Shown here one piece after another: positions 1 through 8,724 of a stretch of 64,000 nt of DNA. The translations under genes were made by a program, and so were the position numbers. Source of the stretch: Psychroflexus sp. (GTDB taxonomy: Bacteria > Bacteroidota > Bacteroidia > Flavobacteriales > Flavobacteriaceae). The notes under the pieces are model-generated. The model did no database searches and was not told the DNA's origin. It worked only from the letters and a program-made list of their open reading frames with translations. The stretch lies in the NCBI GenBank assembly GCA_051859645.1, contig JBHYFG010000004.1, positions 102,014-166,013 on the forward strand. Reading direction: 5' to 3'. Each line of letters starts with the position of its first letter. Position 1 is the first letter of the stretch.

Positions 1-151
1 CTCATAACCAAAAAGTTACATATAATTATAAGAGGATTAAACTAAGTTTGTAGTGTAAATGTTTAGTTTTTTAAAGCTTAGAAAATCTTAAGCTAAAACC
101 AAACTTTTAGTGTAATTATTTAAATACTGCTTAAAGCTAATAACAATAATT

Positions 152-189
152 AAAAAGCAATACCCTTAAATTAAAGGGTATTGCTTTTT
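152..189. terminator. Intrinsic terminator after GH16 gene (bidirectional geometry)
   Basis: Perfect 16-bp inverted repeat AAAAAGCAATACCCTT / AAGGGTATTGCTTTTT just past the stop at 198. Confidence 0.85.
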
Positions 190-197
190 ACATTAGT

Positions 198-1871
198 CTA
201 TTGGTAAACTCTAATATAGTCTACTTCCATTGAACTTTCTACAAAGTTAGGGTCTATTGTATTTCCAACAAAAACACCTCCCATTGCTACGTTCATGATA
301 ATAAAGAAATCGTCATTAAACGGAAGTCCACTGTTGTTTTGGAACGTATGGTAAACAACATTATTTACGGCGAATTTAATATGGTTTTCGTTCCATTCTA
401 CGGTATATAAGTTGAATTCATCCGATACACTTTCAACAAGTGTAGTTTGACCAATTGCATTTCCTCCTGAGTTTCCGGGGAAGTGAACAGTTCCGTGAAC
501 TACGCCCTGATCGTTTCCGCTGTGTTCCATCACATCGATTTCTCCACAGAATGGCCATCCTATGTCAGGGAAGTTTGTTCCCATCATCCAAAGTGCAGGC
601 CATGTTCCTCCTCCAAAAGGCATTTTTGCACGGAATTCTATTCTTCCGTAGTTGAAGCCAAATTTACCAAGGGTATTTAATCTAGCTGAAGAATAGTTGA
701 ATCCGTTGGTAGGTTCTGCTCTAGCGGTAATTTTAAGAACACCATTCTCCACCACTGCATTATCCTCAGTATAGTATTGTTGTTCTTGGTTACCCCAACC
801 CGGGATGCCTTGAGCTGCGCCATTTCCTATTTCAAAATTCCACACATCAGGGTTTGGAGGCCCGTCTACATCAAATTCTTCAGACCATACTAAGGTGTTG
901 AATTCTGTTTCTAGTTCATTAGAACCAGGTTCGCCAATTGTTCCGTCTGGGTTGGTAGTGAAAATCAAGTACCACGCTAAAGAATCACTTCCTGGTCCCG
1001 CAATTGCTCTCAAGCGCATAGAATTTTCTGTGATTTCTAATACTTCGTAGGTACTTTGATTAATAAAGTAATTCATGAAACCATCATCCGAAATGTTCAG
1101 TTGAGTTCCTGTACTTTCTTCAGCCGGAACGTTTGAGTCAGCTGGAGATAAGCTGATGGTTTTTTGCCCACTTACGTTAAGTGGTAAGCACTGATCGTCT
1201 GTACCTCCACCTCCTTGAGAGGCAGCAAAAAATCCGTTTACAAAACTTGCGCCTGCATTGTCGTGCTCAAAACGGATAAGTCCATTGCCATCTAATGAAA
1301 TAGTTATTTCATCATCATATAAGCAAGTAGCTAGTCCATTTGGTGGTGCTGCAAAGAAGCTAGGAAAGAAATTTTCTTCATTTCCTGGTAAATCAGGGCC
1401 TGGGCCAACTCCTAAATGACCTGGTACAGCAGAAGCAATATACCATGTTTTTGAGCTATCTCCTGTAAGTAGAGATTTCACTACAGGATCGTCAAATTCA
1501 TTAAATACAGTAACTTCTGTAGAGATGGTAGATTTTACACCTCCAGTTCCGTTGGCGGTTAAGGTTACTATAAATGTATTAACACCCGTTACGTTAAACG
1601 TGTGAGTGAATTCTCCATTATTCTGAGTCCTAGTTCTACCATCGCCAAATTCAAATTTAAAGCTTATTGCATTCTCTGCAGAAACACGGAATGCTACTTG
1701 GCCCGAACCATCTCCAAAGGGAGTTTCCTCAGTTGCGCCAATTACTTCAAATTCCATCTGGAGGTTGGTAGGGGTAATTATTTCCCCAAAGCTGTAATCA
1801 TCGTCATGACATCCGAAAAAGATGAACACGGATAATAAAGCAATGCTTTTTAAAATTTTATTTATTTCCAT
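198..1871 (-). CDS. GH16 endo-beta-1,3-glucanase (laminarinase-type) lipoprotein with N-terminal PKD and probable glycan-binding domain
   Basis: Lipobox FFGC followed by acidic HDDD; C-terminal GH16 with WSEEF, WPALWM and catalytic EIDVME (ExDxxE), final VDYIRVYQ. Confidence 0.9.
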   Translation of the reverse strand: MEINKILKSIALLSVFIFFGCHDDDYSFGEIITPTNLQMEFEVIGATEETPFGDGSGQVAFRVSAENAISFKFEFGDGRTRTQNNGEFTHTFNVTGVNTFIVTLTANGTGGVKSTISTEVTVFNEFDDPVVKSLLTGDSSKTWYIASAVPGHLGVGPGPDLPGNEENFFPSFFAAPPNGLATCLYDDEITISLDGNGLIRFEHDNAGASFVNGFFAASQGGGGTDDQCLPLNVSGQKTISLSPADSNVPAEESTGTQLNISDDGFMNYFINQSTYEVLEITENSMRLRAIAGPGSDSLAWYLIFTTNPDGTIGEPGSNELETEFNTLVWSEEFDVDGPPNPDVWNFEIGNGAAQGIPGWGNQEQQYYTEDNAVVENGVLKITARAEPTNGFNYSSARLNTLGKFGFNYGRIEFRAKMPFGGGTWPALWMMGTNFPDIGWPFCGEIDVMEHSGNDQGVVHGTVHFPGNSGGNAIGQTTLVESVSDEFNLYTVEWNENHIKFAVNNVVYHTFQNNSGLPFNDDFFIIMNVAMGGVFVGNTIDPNFVESSMEVDYIRVYQ

Positions 1872-1887
1872 AGTACTATTTTTTCAA

Positions 1888-3924
1888 TTATTGTTTTACG
1901 AGCTTAAATTGCCAAATTCCTATACCTTCAACTTGAATATGTGCTCTCATAACCGTTGGGCTTTCAAATTGAACAGTATATGTTATTTCGCTTGGAACAG
2001 GAACGTTCGGAAGTTCAGCTCCATTTAAAGCTTTTGCAAGTCCTAAATAAGCTCCTTCACCGCTAAGTGTTAGTGCGTTTCCATTTAATGAATACGTTGC
2101 AGGGTTTGTACCGTTATGTGGTGCTACAGGAGTACCACATTGAGGATTTGCTACGCCTTGCCATTCTTCAACCCACGTATCTCCAGCGCCAAAGCCATTG
2201 GTGAAACTACCATCAGCTCCAAATGTGTAAGTGTCATCAAAATAACAAGCTCTTTCTGTAAGGCATGGGCCATTACAATTAAACCAACTAACATCGCCTA
2301 CAGCTGGACCAACTCCTAAGGAGCCGTCTTCATTAGCCATAACCCAAGTGCCTACAATGTCACTTTCTGCATCGGTAACATAATTTAAGTCGTCGAAGTA
2401 GAATTCAAGACCACTACCTGTATTTCCAAAATCGAAGAAGAAAATTACACGAGACCAATCTACAGAAGTATCTGCTCCTGAGAAATCAAAAGTAACTTCT
2501 GTCCATTCGTTTGTTGTATTTACAACAGTAGAAACTTCAAATTCAGCATCTGTTATGGGGTCTTCTAATTTAAGAAGTACTTCGTTGTTGGCTATTGGCG
2601 ACCATACTTTCAACGATAAAGTCGAGCTTATGGATAAATCAATAGGTTCAGTTAAATCTATAAATGCGCCGGCAAATGTTGCGGCTCCACTTGCTTTTAA
2701 GGTACGAGCTACATTTGCACTAGTGTTTATACCTGATTGATCTGGGTTAGAGATAACCTCTGTGGGAGCCCCAGCAAACTCAATAAAGTTATAAAATCCA
2801 GCTCCGGCTTCAAAATCAAGCGGCAATCCTAAAGTAACAGGATTAGTTAGACGAATATTATCGAAATAATAGGTTTCTCCATTTCCGGAAGTTTCCCAGT
2901 TAAAGAATAGTGCAATTACATTAAAGTTTGGACCCTCATTGGCTCCTGGTAAATTAAATGTAAGGGTGTGCCACTCATTAGCTACCTCTGTATTCTGAAT
3001 GCTTTCAACAAAAATATCAGGACTTCCGTCTTGCTCTATTTTAAACAAAATAGGCGTTCCTGCTTGTGGCGCCCAAACATCCATAGCAATGGTTGTGGTA
3101 GAAGAAAAATCGATAGCTTCGTTTAACAATGCTGAGGTTCCAGCCCATACTTCTGAACCTACTGGTTTAGTATAAGAGGCTACTTTTTGAGAATTATTTA
3201 CATTATTTGGATCAGGATTATCGATAATTGGCACGCCATCACCTTCGCCTCCACCGAAATTGTTGAATAAATAATTCACCGTCGTTGATTCGAAATCTAT
3301 CGGCATAACAAACGGATCGGTAATGGTAATTTCCTCTTGATAGGTAGTAGTTGCTTCACCGCCACTTAAAGCGACTACGGTAACTGTAAAGGTACCTACA
3401 CTTGAGTATTCGTATACGCCTAATTCGCCTCTTAGAATAAAAGTTGGCTCTTCGTCCTCTACTTCACCAAAGAACATATTAAAGCCCATCGCATTGTCTG
3501 CTGAAGCTTCAACACTAATTTCAAGTGGATTAGTAGTTGAAATAGTAATATTAACTTCTAAGTTTTCAGGCGGAAGAAAGGAAACTACAATTTCTTTTTC
3601 TACAGAAGCGATTTCTCCAGCAATATTTCGAGCAAAAATCTCGACGGTATAAATCCCCTCCTCATAGGTATGAGAAACGCTTCTACCGGCTTGAAACTCG
3701 TCTGAAATTTCACTTCCATCTCCAAAATTTACAAAAAAGAAATTAGCTCCTTCTGCTGATGGTGTAATGGTTACATCGCCAGAATTATCTTGCTTAATCG
3801 AAAACTTTGCGCCGATATTCTGAGGTACACCTAGATTAACGCTAGTAAGCGCATCATCATCCTTGCAACTGGTAAAACCAGCAGCAATGAAAAGTGTAAT
3901 AAATATGATTTTAATTTTATTCAT
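1888..3924 (-). CDS. PUL surface glycan-binding lipoprotein (PKD-like domains plus two tandem CBM-like repeats)
   Basis: Lipobox FTSC-KDDD; internal duplication DFES...YYFDNIRL / DFEA...FYFDDLNY; position directly after susD. Confidence 0.75.
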   Translation of the reverse strand: MNKIKIIFITLFIAAGFTSCKDDDALTSVNLGVPQNIGAKFSIKQDNSGDVTITPSAEGANFFFVNFGDGSEISDEFQAGRSVSHTYEEGIYTVEIFARNIAGEIASVEKEIVVSFLPPENLEVNITISTTNPLEISVEASADNAMGFNMFFGEVEDEEPTFILRGELGVYEYSSVGTFTVTVVALSGGEATTTYQEEITITDPFVMPIDFESTTVNYLFNNFGGGEGDGVPIIDNPDPNNVNNSQKVASYTKPVGSEVWAGTSALLNEAIDFSSTTTIAMDVWAPQAGTPILFKIEQDGSPDIFVESIQNTEVANEWHTLTFNLPGANEGPNFNVIALFFNWETSGNGETYYFDNIRLTNPVTLGLPLDFEAGAGFYNFIEFAGAPTEVISNPDQSGINTSANVARTLKASGAATFAGAFIDLTEPIDLSISSTLSLKVWSPIANNEVLLKLEDPITDAEFEVSTVVNTTNEWTEVTFDFSGADTSVDWSRVIFFFDFGNTGSGLEFYFDDLNYVTDAESDIVGTWVMANEDGSLGVGPAVGDVSWFNCNGPCLTERACYFDDTYTFGADGSFTNGFGAGDTWVEEWQGVANPQCGTPVAPHNGTNPATYSLNGNALTLSGEGAYLGLAKALNGAELPNVPVPSEITYTVQFESPTVMRAHIQVEGIGIWQFKLVKQ

Positions 3925-3942
3925 AATGTTTAAATTTCTTCA

Positions 3943-5466
3943 TTAATAACCAGGGTTCTGTTGCCAATTTCCTTGAGAGAATTGAAGCTCTTCTAACGGA
4001 ATTGGGAAAATTTCATTTTTATTAGGTGTAAACCCTTGAATAAATTGTGCAGCTCTACCTGTTCTTACTAAATCGAAGAAGCGGTGTCCTTCGCCAATAA
4101 GTTCTAGTCTTCTTTCGTTGTATATAACTTCCAGCAGTTGAGCTCCAGAGGCCTCTGTATCGGCTAAACCAGCTCTGTTTCTTACTTGGTTTACATAATT
4201 TCTCGCTAAATCGTCGTTTAATCCAGCGCGGTTAAGTGCTTCAGCGGCCATTAACAATACGTCTGCGTAACGAATAGCTCTGTAGTTGTTAGGGTTAGTA
4301 AGGTTAACATCTGGTTGGGTGTCTACATTTCTTGGTAAATATTTTCTGTTGTAGTACCCAGTATGCCCGGTAATTTCATCTTGATTTCCGATTGTAAAAA
4401 CAGCTCCCGTCTGAGCTGCCCAAGCTTCGATATCTAGAATAGAAACATCTCTTCTTAAGTCATTTGGACCAAATGCATCGAAGGCTTCCTGTGTTGGTAA
4501 ATTGAAGCCAAATCCAGATTTAAAAACAGGTCCTTCATAACCTCTAATTCCGTTAAATCCTACAGCCACGTTACCTTCACTACACTGCAAACAATCGAAT
4601 CCAGCACCTTGAACTCCAGTGTATTGTATTTCGAAAACAGATTCGCCGCTATTTTCTGCTATAAATTCGAACAAATCAGCATACTCTTCATCGCCTCTAG
4701 TACCATATAAATGATATGCCCCAGAGTTTATAACATCATTCAACATTTCTGAGGCTTCCGCAAATTGCTCATTGTATAAATATACTTTTCCTAGCAATGC
4801 TTTGGCTACAATTTGGTTAACTCTCCACACAGCCGGAGAAGTTGTTTCTAGGTTTTCTACAGCAAAAAGTAAATCATCGATTATATACTCATATACTTGG
4901 GCCTTGGGCGTTCGAGGTATGGTAAGCTCTTCGCCAAGCTCAAATTGACCTTCTGGTTTAATTGGAATATCTCCAAACCATTTAACCAGCTCAAAATTGA
5001 AATATGCGCGCAGAAATTTAGCTTCTGCAACTAGTCTTTCGCTCCCATCAAATTCTGCATTTCCCTCATTTTGAATGATAAAAGTTGCTCTAGAAACACC
5101 AGCAAAATTAAAGTTCCATACCGTTCTTACGTCTTGGTTAATTTGCGTGTGAATCATTCTGTCTACTTGCTGCCAACCGATTACATCGTTTGGACCTTCG
5201 CCGCCTGCATTGGTATTGTCTGAGGCAATTTCGCCTAGAATAACATTAATGTAAGTAGATTGTAAAATGTCGTATGCTCCGATAAGTGCATTTTCAAAGT
5301 CCTCTTCTGTTTGAAAGAATGTTTCTTGGTTTACGGTGAACGGAGGAGTTATTTCAACAAAATCATCCGAACAAGATAAACATGCTAGAAGGACAAATAA
5401 GATACTTATTTTCTTCATCATTTTATGTGTAATTTTTTGTGTTGTTTTCATGTTACAATTTTGCAT
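3943..5466 (-). CDS. susD: SusD/RagB nutrient-binding outer-membrane lipoprotein (true start probably a downstream Met, about 5421-5451)
   Basis: Lipobox CLSC-SDD; AEAKFLRAYFNFELVKWFGDIP, RYADVLLMAAEA, ERRLEL.GEGHRFFDLVR motifs. Confidence 0.93.
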   Translation of the reverse strand: MQNCNMKTTQKITHKMMKKISILFVLLACLSCSDDFVEITPPFTVNQETFFQTEEDFENALIGAYDILQSTYINVILGEIASDNTNAGGEGPNDVIGWQQVDRMIHTQINQDVRTVWNFNFAGVSRATFIIQNEGNAEFDGSERLVAEAKFLRAYFNFELVKWFGDIPIKPEGQFELGEELTIPRTPKAQVYEYIIDDLLFAVENLETTSPAVWRVNQIVAKALLGKVYLYNEQFAEASEMLNDVINSGAYHLYGTRGDEEYADLFEFIAENSGESVFEIQYTGVQGAGFDCLQCSEGNVAVGFNGIRGYEGPVFKSGFGFNLPTQEAFDAFGPNDLRRDVSILDIEAWAAQTGAVFTIGNQDEITGHTGYYNRKYLPRNVDTQPDVNLTNPNNYRAIRYADVLLMAAEALNRAGLNDDLARNYVNQVRNRAGLADTEASGAQLLEVIYNERRLELIGEGHRFFDLVRTGRAAQFIQGFTPNKNEIFPIPLEELQFSQGNWQQNPGY

Positions 5467-8400
5467 TTAAACCGAGAATAAATGTTCTAGGAAGCGGGTA
5501 AAAACCGAAGTCGATTCCGCCTCCAATTGGAGCACCAGTAGATGCTGTAGGATCGTAACCGGAATATCCTGTAAAGGTGTAAAGGTTATCTACTTTGCCA
5601 TAAACTTTTAGCATTTTAAGTCCAATTCTTTCGATTACGTCCGGCTTAAAGTTGTATCCTAAGCTCAGGGTTTGTATTCGTAAAAATGAGCCATCCTCTA
5701 CAAAGAAATCGGAAAATACATTGTTTGAAGTAGCCCCCACTGTAGCTCTTGGAACAGTATTGCTTGTTCCTGGTCCCGTCCAACGGTCTAGGTTGTAATT
5801 CATTCGGTTAACATTGGGCTGATCACGCTCAAAGTTTCTTACAATTTCGTTTCCTACGTTAGCAAACATAAAGGTAGATAAATCCCATTGATTGTAAGTA
5901 AGTGTTAAATTGTAACCAATGGTGAAATCTGGAAGTGGGCTACCAATTTTTACACGGTCATTTTCATCTATAACTCCGTCTCCATTGGTATCTACAAATC
6001 GAATATCACCTGGTTGCGCATTGGCGCCAAGAGCAATTTGGGAAGGGTGAGCGTTTACTTCATCTATAGTTTGAAAAATCCCATCAGTTTGGTATCCATA
6101 GAAAAATCCTATTGGTTGTCCAACTTCCATTCTTGAAGGGAAAGGTTGGCCTACTCCAAACTGGCCTCCTTCTAAGAAAGGTGCGCCATTAATTGCTGTA
6201 ACTCTGTTATTGATTGTAGCAATATTGAAACTTGTGTTTATACCAAAACCACTTTTCCAATTATTGGCGTAGGATATATCAAATTCAATACCTTGGTTAC
6301 GAACCGACCCTGCATTTTGAACTGGCGATGATGCTCCTGGAGCAAAAGTTCCAAAAATTCCTGAAACAGGTATATCTGGGATTAATAAATCTTTGGTGTC
6401 TTTTATATAATATTCAAGTACTATATTTACCTTATTGTTAAATAAACGTGCATCTAGACCAAAATTTGCTTGTTGGGTTTCTTCCCACTTTACATCATTG
6501 TTTCCAAGTCTTCCTTGTGCAAGACCATTAATTAAGTCACCATTACCATCAACATAAGTAGCCTGACCATTCAAAAGGGACAAGTAAGCAAATTCAGGAA
6601 TACGGTCATTACCCAATATACCAAAACTACCTCTTAATTTAAAAAAGTCTATGTAGTCTGTTTTTGGGAAAAAGTCTTCGTCTGAAGCGACCCAACCCGC
6701 TGTAACAGAAGGGAAGTAACCTACTCTATTGTTTGGTCCAAATTGTGTAGAAGTATCCCTTCTTAACATGGCTTCAAATAAATACTTATCTTGTAGAGCG
6801 TATTGTACTCTTGCAAAATAAGATAGACGTCTAACATCGTAAACGTAAGAACCTGCAGTGTTGTTTTCTCCAGCTCCAGTAGCAGTACCAATGTCAGCAA
6901 ATTCAAACGAATTAGAAGGAACCCCAGTTCTTGAACCAAAGAGACCTTCACCAAATTGCTTAAACACGTTCATCCCTAAAACAACTGTTACATCATGTAT
7001 GTCATTGAATTTATTCGAGTAGGTGTTGAACAAGTCGAAGGTGTAATCATTATCGGTTATTCTACCTTGGTTAACAAGGTTATCTTCTAGTCTGTTAAAT
7101 ACTTTGCCAGGACCATAATTAAAAACTGGAATAAATGAACGTGTAGCGGTATTCGCATTATTAAAACCAATGCGTGCTTGTAAATCTAAATTCTTAGCAT
7201 AGTCGAGTTGTGCGCGAAACATACCGTTTAGTCGGTTAGTAACTCCAGTATTATAGGTGTTACGTATTTGAGTAAGTGGATTAACAACTTCGATACCTAA
7301 GTCTATCTGGCCTGTTAAGTCGTCTACATCAGGTCCTATGGTAGGCGCCATGTTAATTGCATTAAAAAGTACCGAACCTAAACCAAAGCTGTTTAACGAA
7401 TTGGTTTCTGTACTAAGGTAGTTTAAACGTGTTTCTATGGTAAGTTTATCATTAATTTCTGTCTGAATACCTAAGGCTGCAGTATTTCTTGTGAATTGAG
7501 ACTTAGGTCCTCCTACAATACCTTCTTGGTCTAATATAGAAGCCGAGAAACTGTAGGTTGTTTTTTCTGATCCTCCTCTTACCGATATATTATGACTTAA
7601 GATTGGTGCCGTTTCGAAAACCTCTCGTTGCCAATCTGTCCCTCTTCCTAGTCCACCAATGTTTTGAATGGGTGATATTTGACCTGCATTCGCATAGCTT
7701 TCATTAAGAAGTAAAGCATACTCTGTTGCATTCAAAAGCGGAAGTCTTCGTGTGGTTTCCTGAAAACCATAATATGTAGAATAATCTATTTGTGCTGCCT
7801 GGTTTTTCTTACCGCTTTTTGTTGTTACTAAAATCACACCATTAGCAGCTAAAGTACCGTAAATAGCAGCTTGAGCATCTTTTAAAACGGTAATATCTTG
7901 AATATCTTGTGGGTTTATAGAGTTAAGTCCGCCCTCGTATTGAAAACCGTCCAAAATAATTAATGGTGCATTGTTTCCGTTGGTTGAAATACCTCTAATT
8001 CTGATATTGGCTTCGGCTCCTGGGCTTCCCCCTTGTGGAGTAACGTTTACACCAGCAGCCGTACCTTGTAACGCTTGTGCGGCATTAATGGGTTCTAGTT
8101 TTTCAATACTTTCTGCTCCTACTTTAGAAACAGAACCTGTAATGTTCCTTCTACTAGACTTACCATAACCAATTACGACAACATCTTCAAGAGCTTCGGA
8201 ATCGGTCTCTAAGTTGATGGTGTAAAAATCATCTTTCCCTACTTTAATTCGTTGGGAAACAAATCCTAGGTAAGAGATTTCAATTTCACTACCAACGGCT
8301 ACATTGGAGAGTTGAAAGTTTCCATCGAAGTCGGTAACCGTCCCTTGAGTAGTTCCTAAAACTTCAACGTTTGCGTCCGGAAGCGGAATGCCGCTCGAGC

Positions 8401-8491
8401 CGTCAAAAACGACCCCCGAAATGTCTTTGGTTTGCGAAACAGCCGCTAAGCTGAAACAACAAAGAATGAGAAATACATATTGTTTAATCAT
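5453..8491 (-). CDS. susC: SusC-like TonB-dependent transporter
   Basis: N-terminal carboxypeptidase-regulatory-like domain, plug motifs (IRIRGIST, VLKDAQAAIYG..AANGVILVTTKSG), VKWEET, C-terminal YPLPRTFILGLNAKL. Confidence 0.95.
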   Translation of the reverse strand: MIKQYVFLILCCFSLAAVSQTKDISGVVFDGSSGIPLPDANVEVLGTTQGTVTDFDGNFQLSNVAVGSEIEISYLGFVSQRIKVGKDDFYTINLETDSEALEDVVVIGYGKSSRRNITGSVSKVGAESIEKLEPINAAQALQGTAAGVNVTPQGGSPGAEANIRIRGISTNGNNAPLIILDGFQYEGGLNSINPQDIQDITVLKDAQAAIYGTLAANGVILVTTKSGKKNQAAQIDYSTYYGFQETTRRLPLLNATEYALLLNESYANAGQISPIQNIGGLGRGTDWQREVFETAPILSHNISVRGGSEKTTYSFSASILDQEGIVGGPKSQFTRNTAALGIQTEINDKLTIETRLNYLSTETNSLNSFGLGSVLFNAINMAPTIGPDVDDLTGQIDLGIEVVNPLTQIRNTYNTGVTNRLNGMFRAQLDYAKNLDLQARIGFNNANTATRSFIPVFNYGPGKVFNRLEDNLVNQGRITDNDYTFDLFNTYSNKFNDIHDVTVVLGMNVFKQFGEGLFGSRTGVPSNSFEFADIGTATGAGENNTAGSYVYDVRRLSYFARVQYALQDKYLFEAMLRRDTSTQFGPNNRVGYFPSVTAGWVASDEDFFPKTDYIDFFKLRGSFGILGNDRIPEFAYLSLLNGQATYVDGNGDLINGLAQGRLGNNDVKWEETQQANFGLDARLFNNKVNIVLEYYIKDTKDLLIPDIPVSGIFGTFAPGASSPVQNAGSVRNQGIEFDISYANNWKSGFGINTSFNIATINNRVTAINGAPFLEGGQFGVGQPFPSRMEVGQPIGFFYGYQTDGIFQTIDEVNAHPSQIALGANAQPGDIRFVDTNGDGVIDENDRVKIGSPLPDFTIGYNLTLTYNQWDLSTFMFANVGNEIVRNFERDQPNVNRMNYNLDRWTGPGTSNTVPRATVGATSNNVFSDFFVEDGSFLRIQTLSLGYNFKPDVIERIGLKMLKVYGKVDNLYTFTGYSGYDPTASTGAPIGGGIDFGFYPLPRTFILGLNAKL

Positions 8492-8724
8492 AGTTATTGT
8501 GATTTTTGATAAAATTATGCAGTTTAGTTATTAAATCGTTAACAAAACCTTTTACAAAACATCTACAACCAACTTTTAGGATGGTAAAATAGTCTCATCG
8601 CAAGAATAATAAGCCTTAACTGTTTATTGGAAAGTTCGTGTAGAGTTGTAATAAACCAGAGAAAACGTTTGAAATCTCACTTGTGTAGTGGTAATGTTTG
8701 GTCAAAAAATAACTTGGTATTGGT

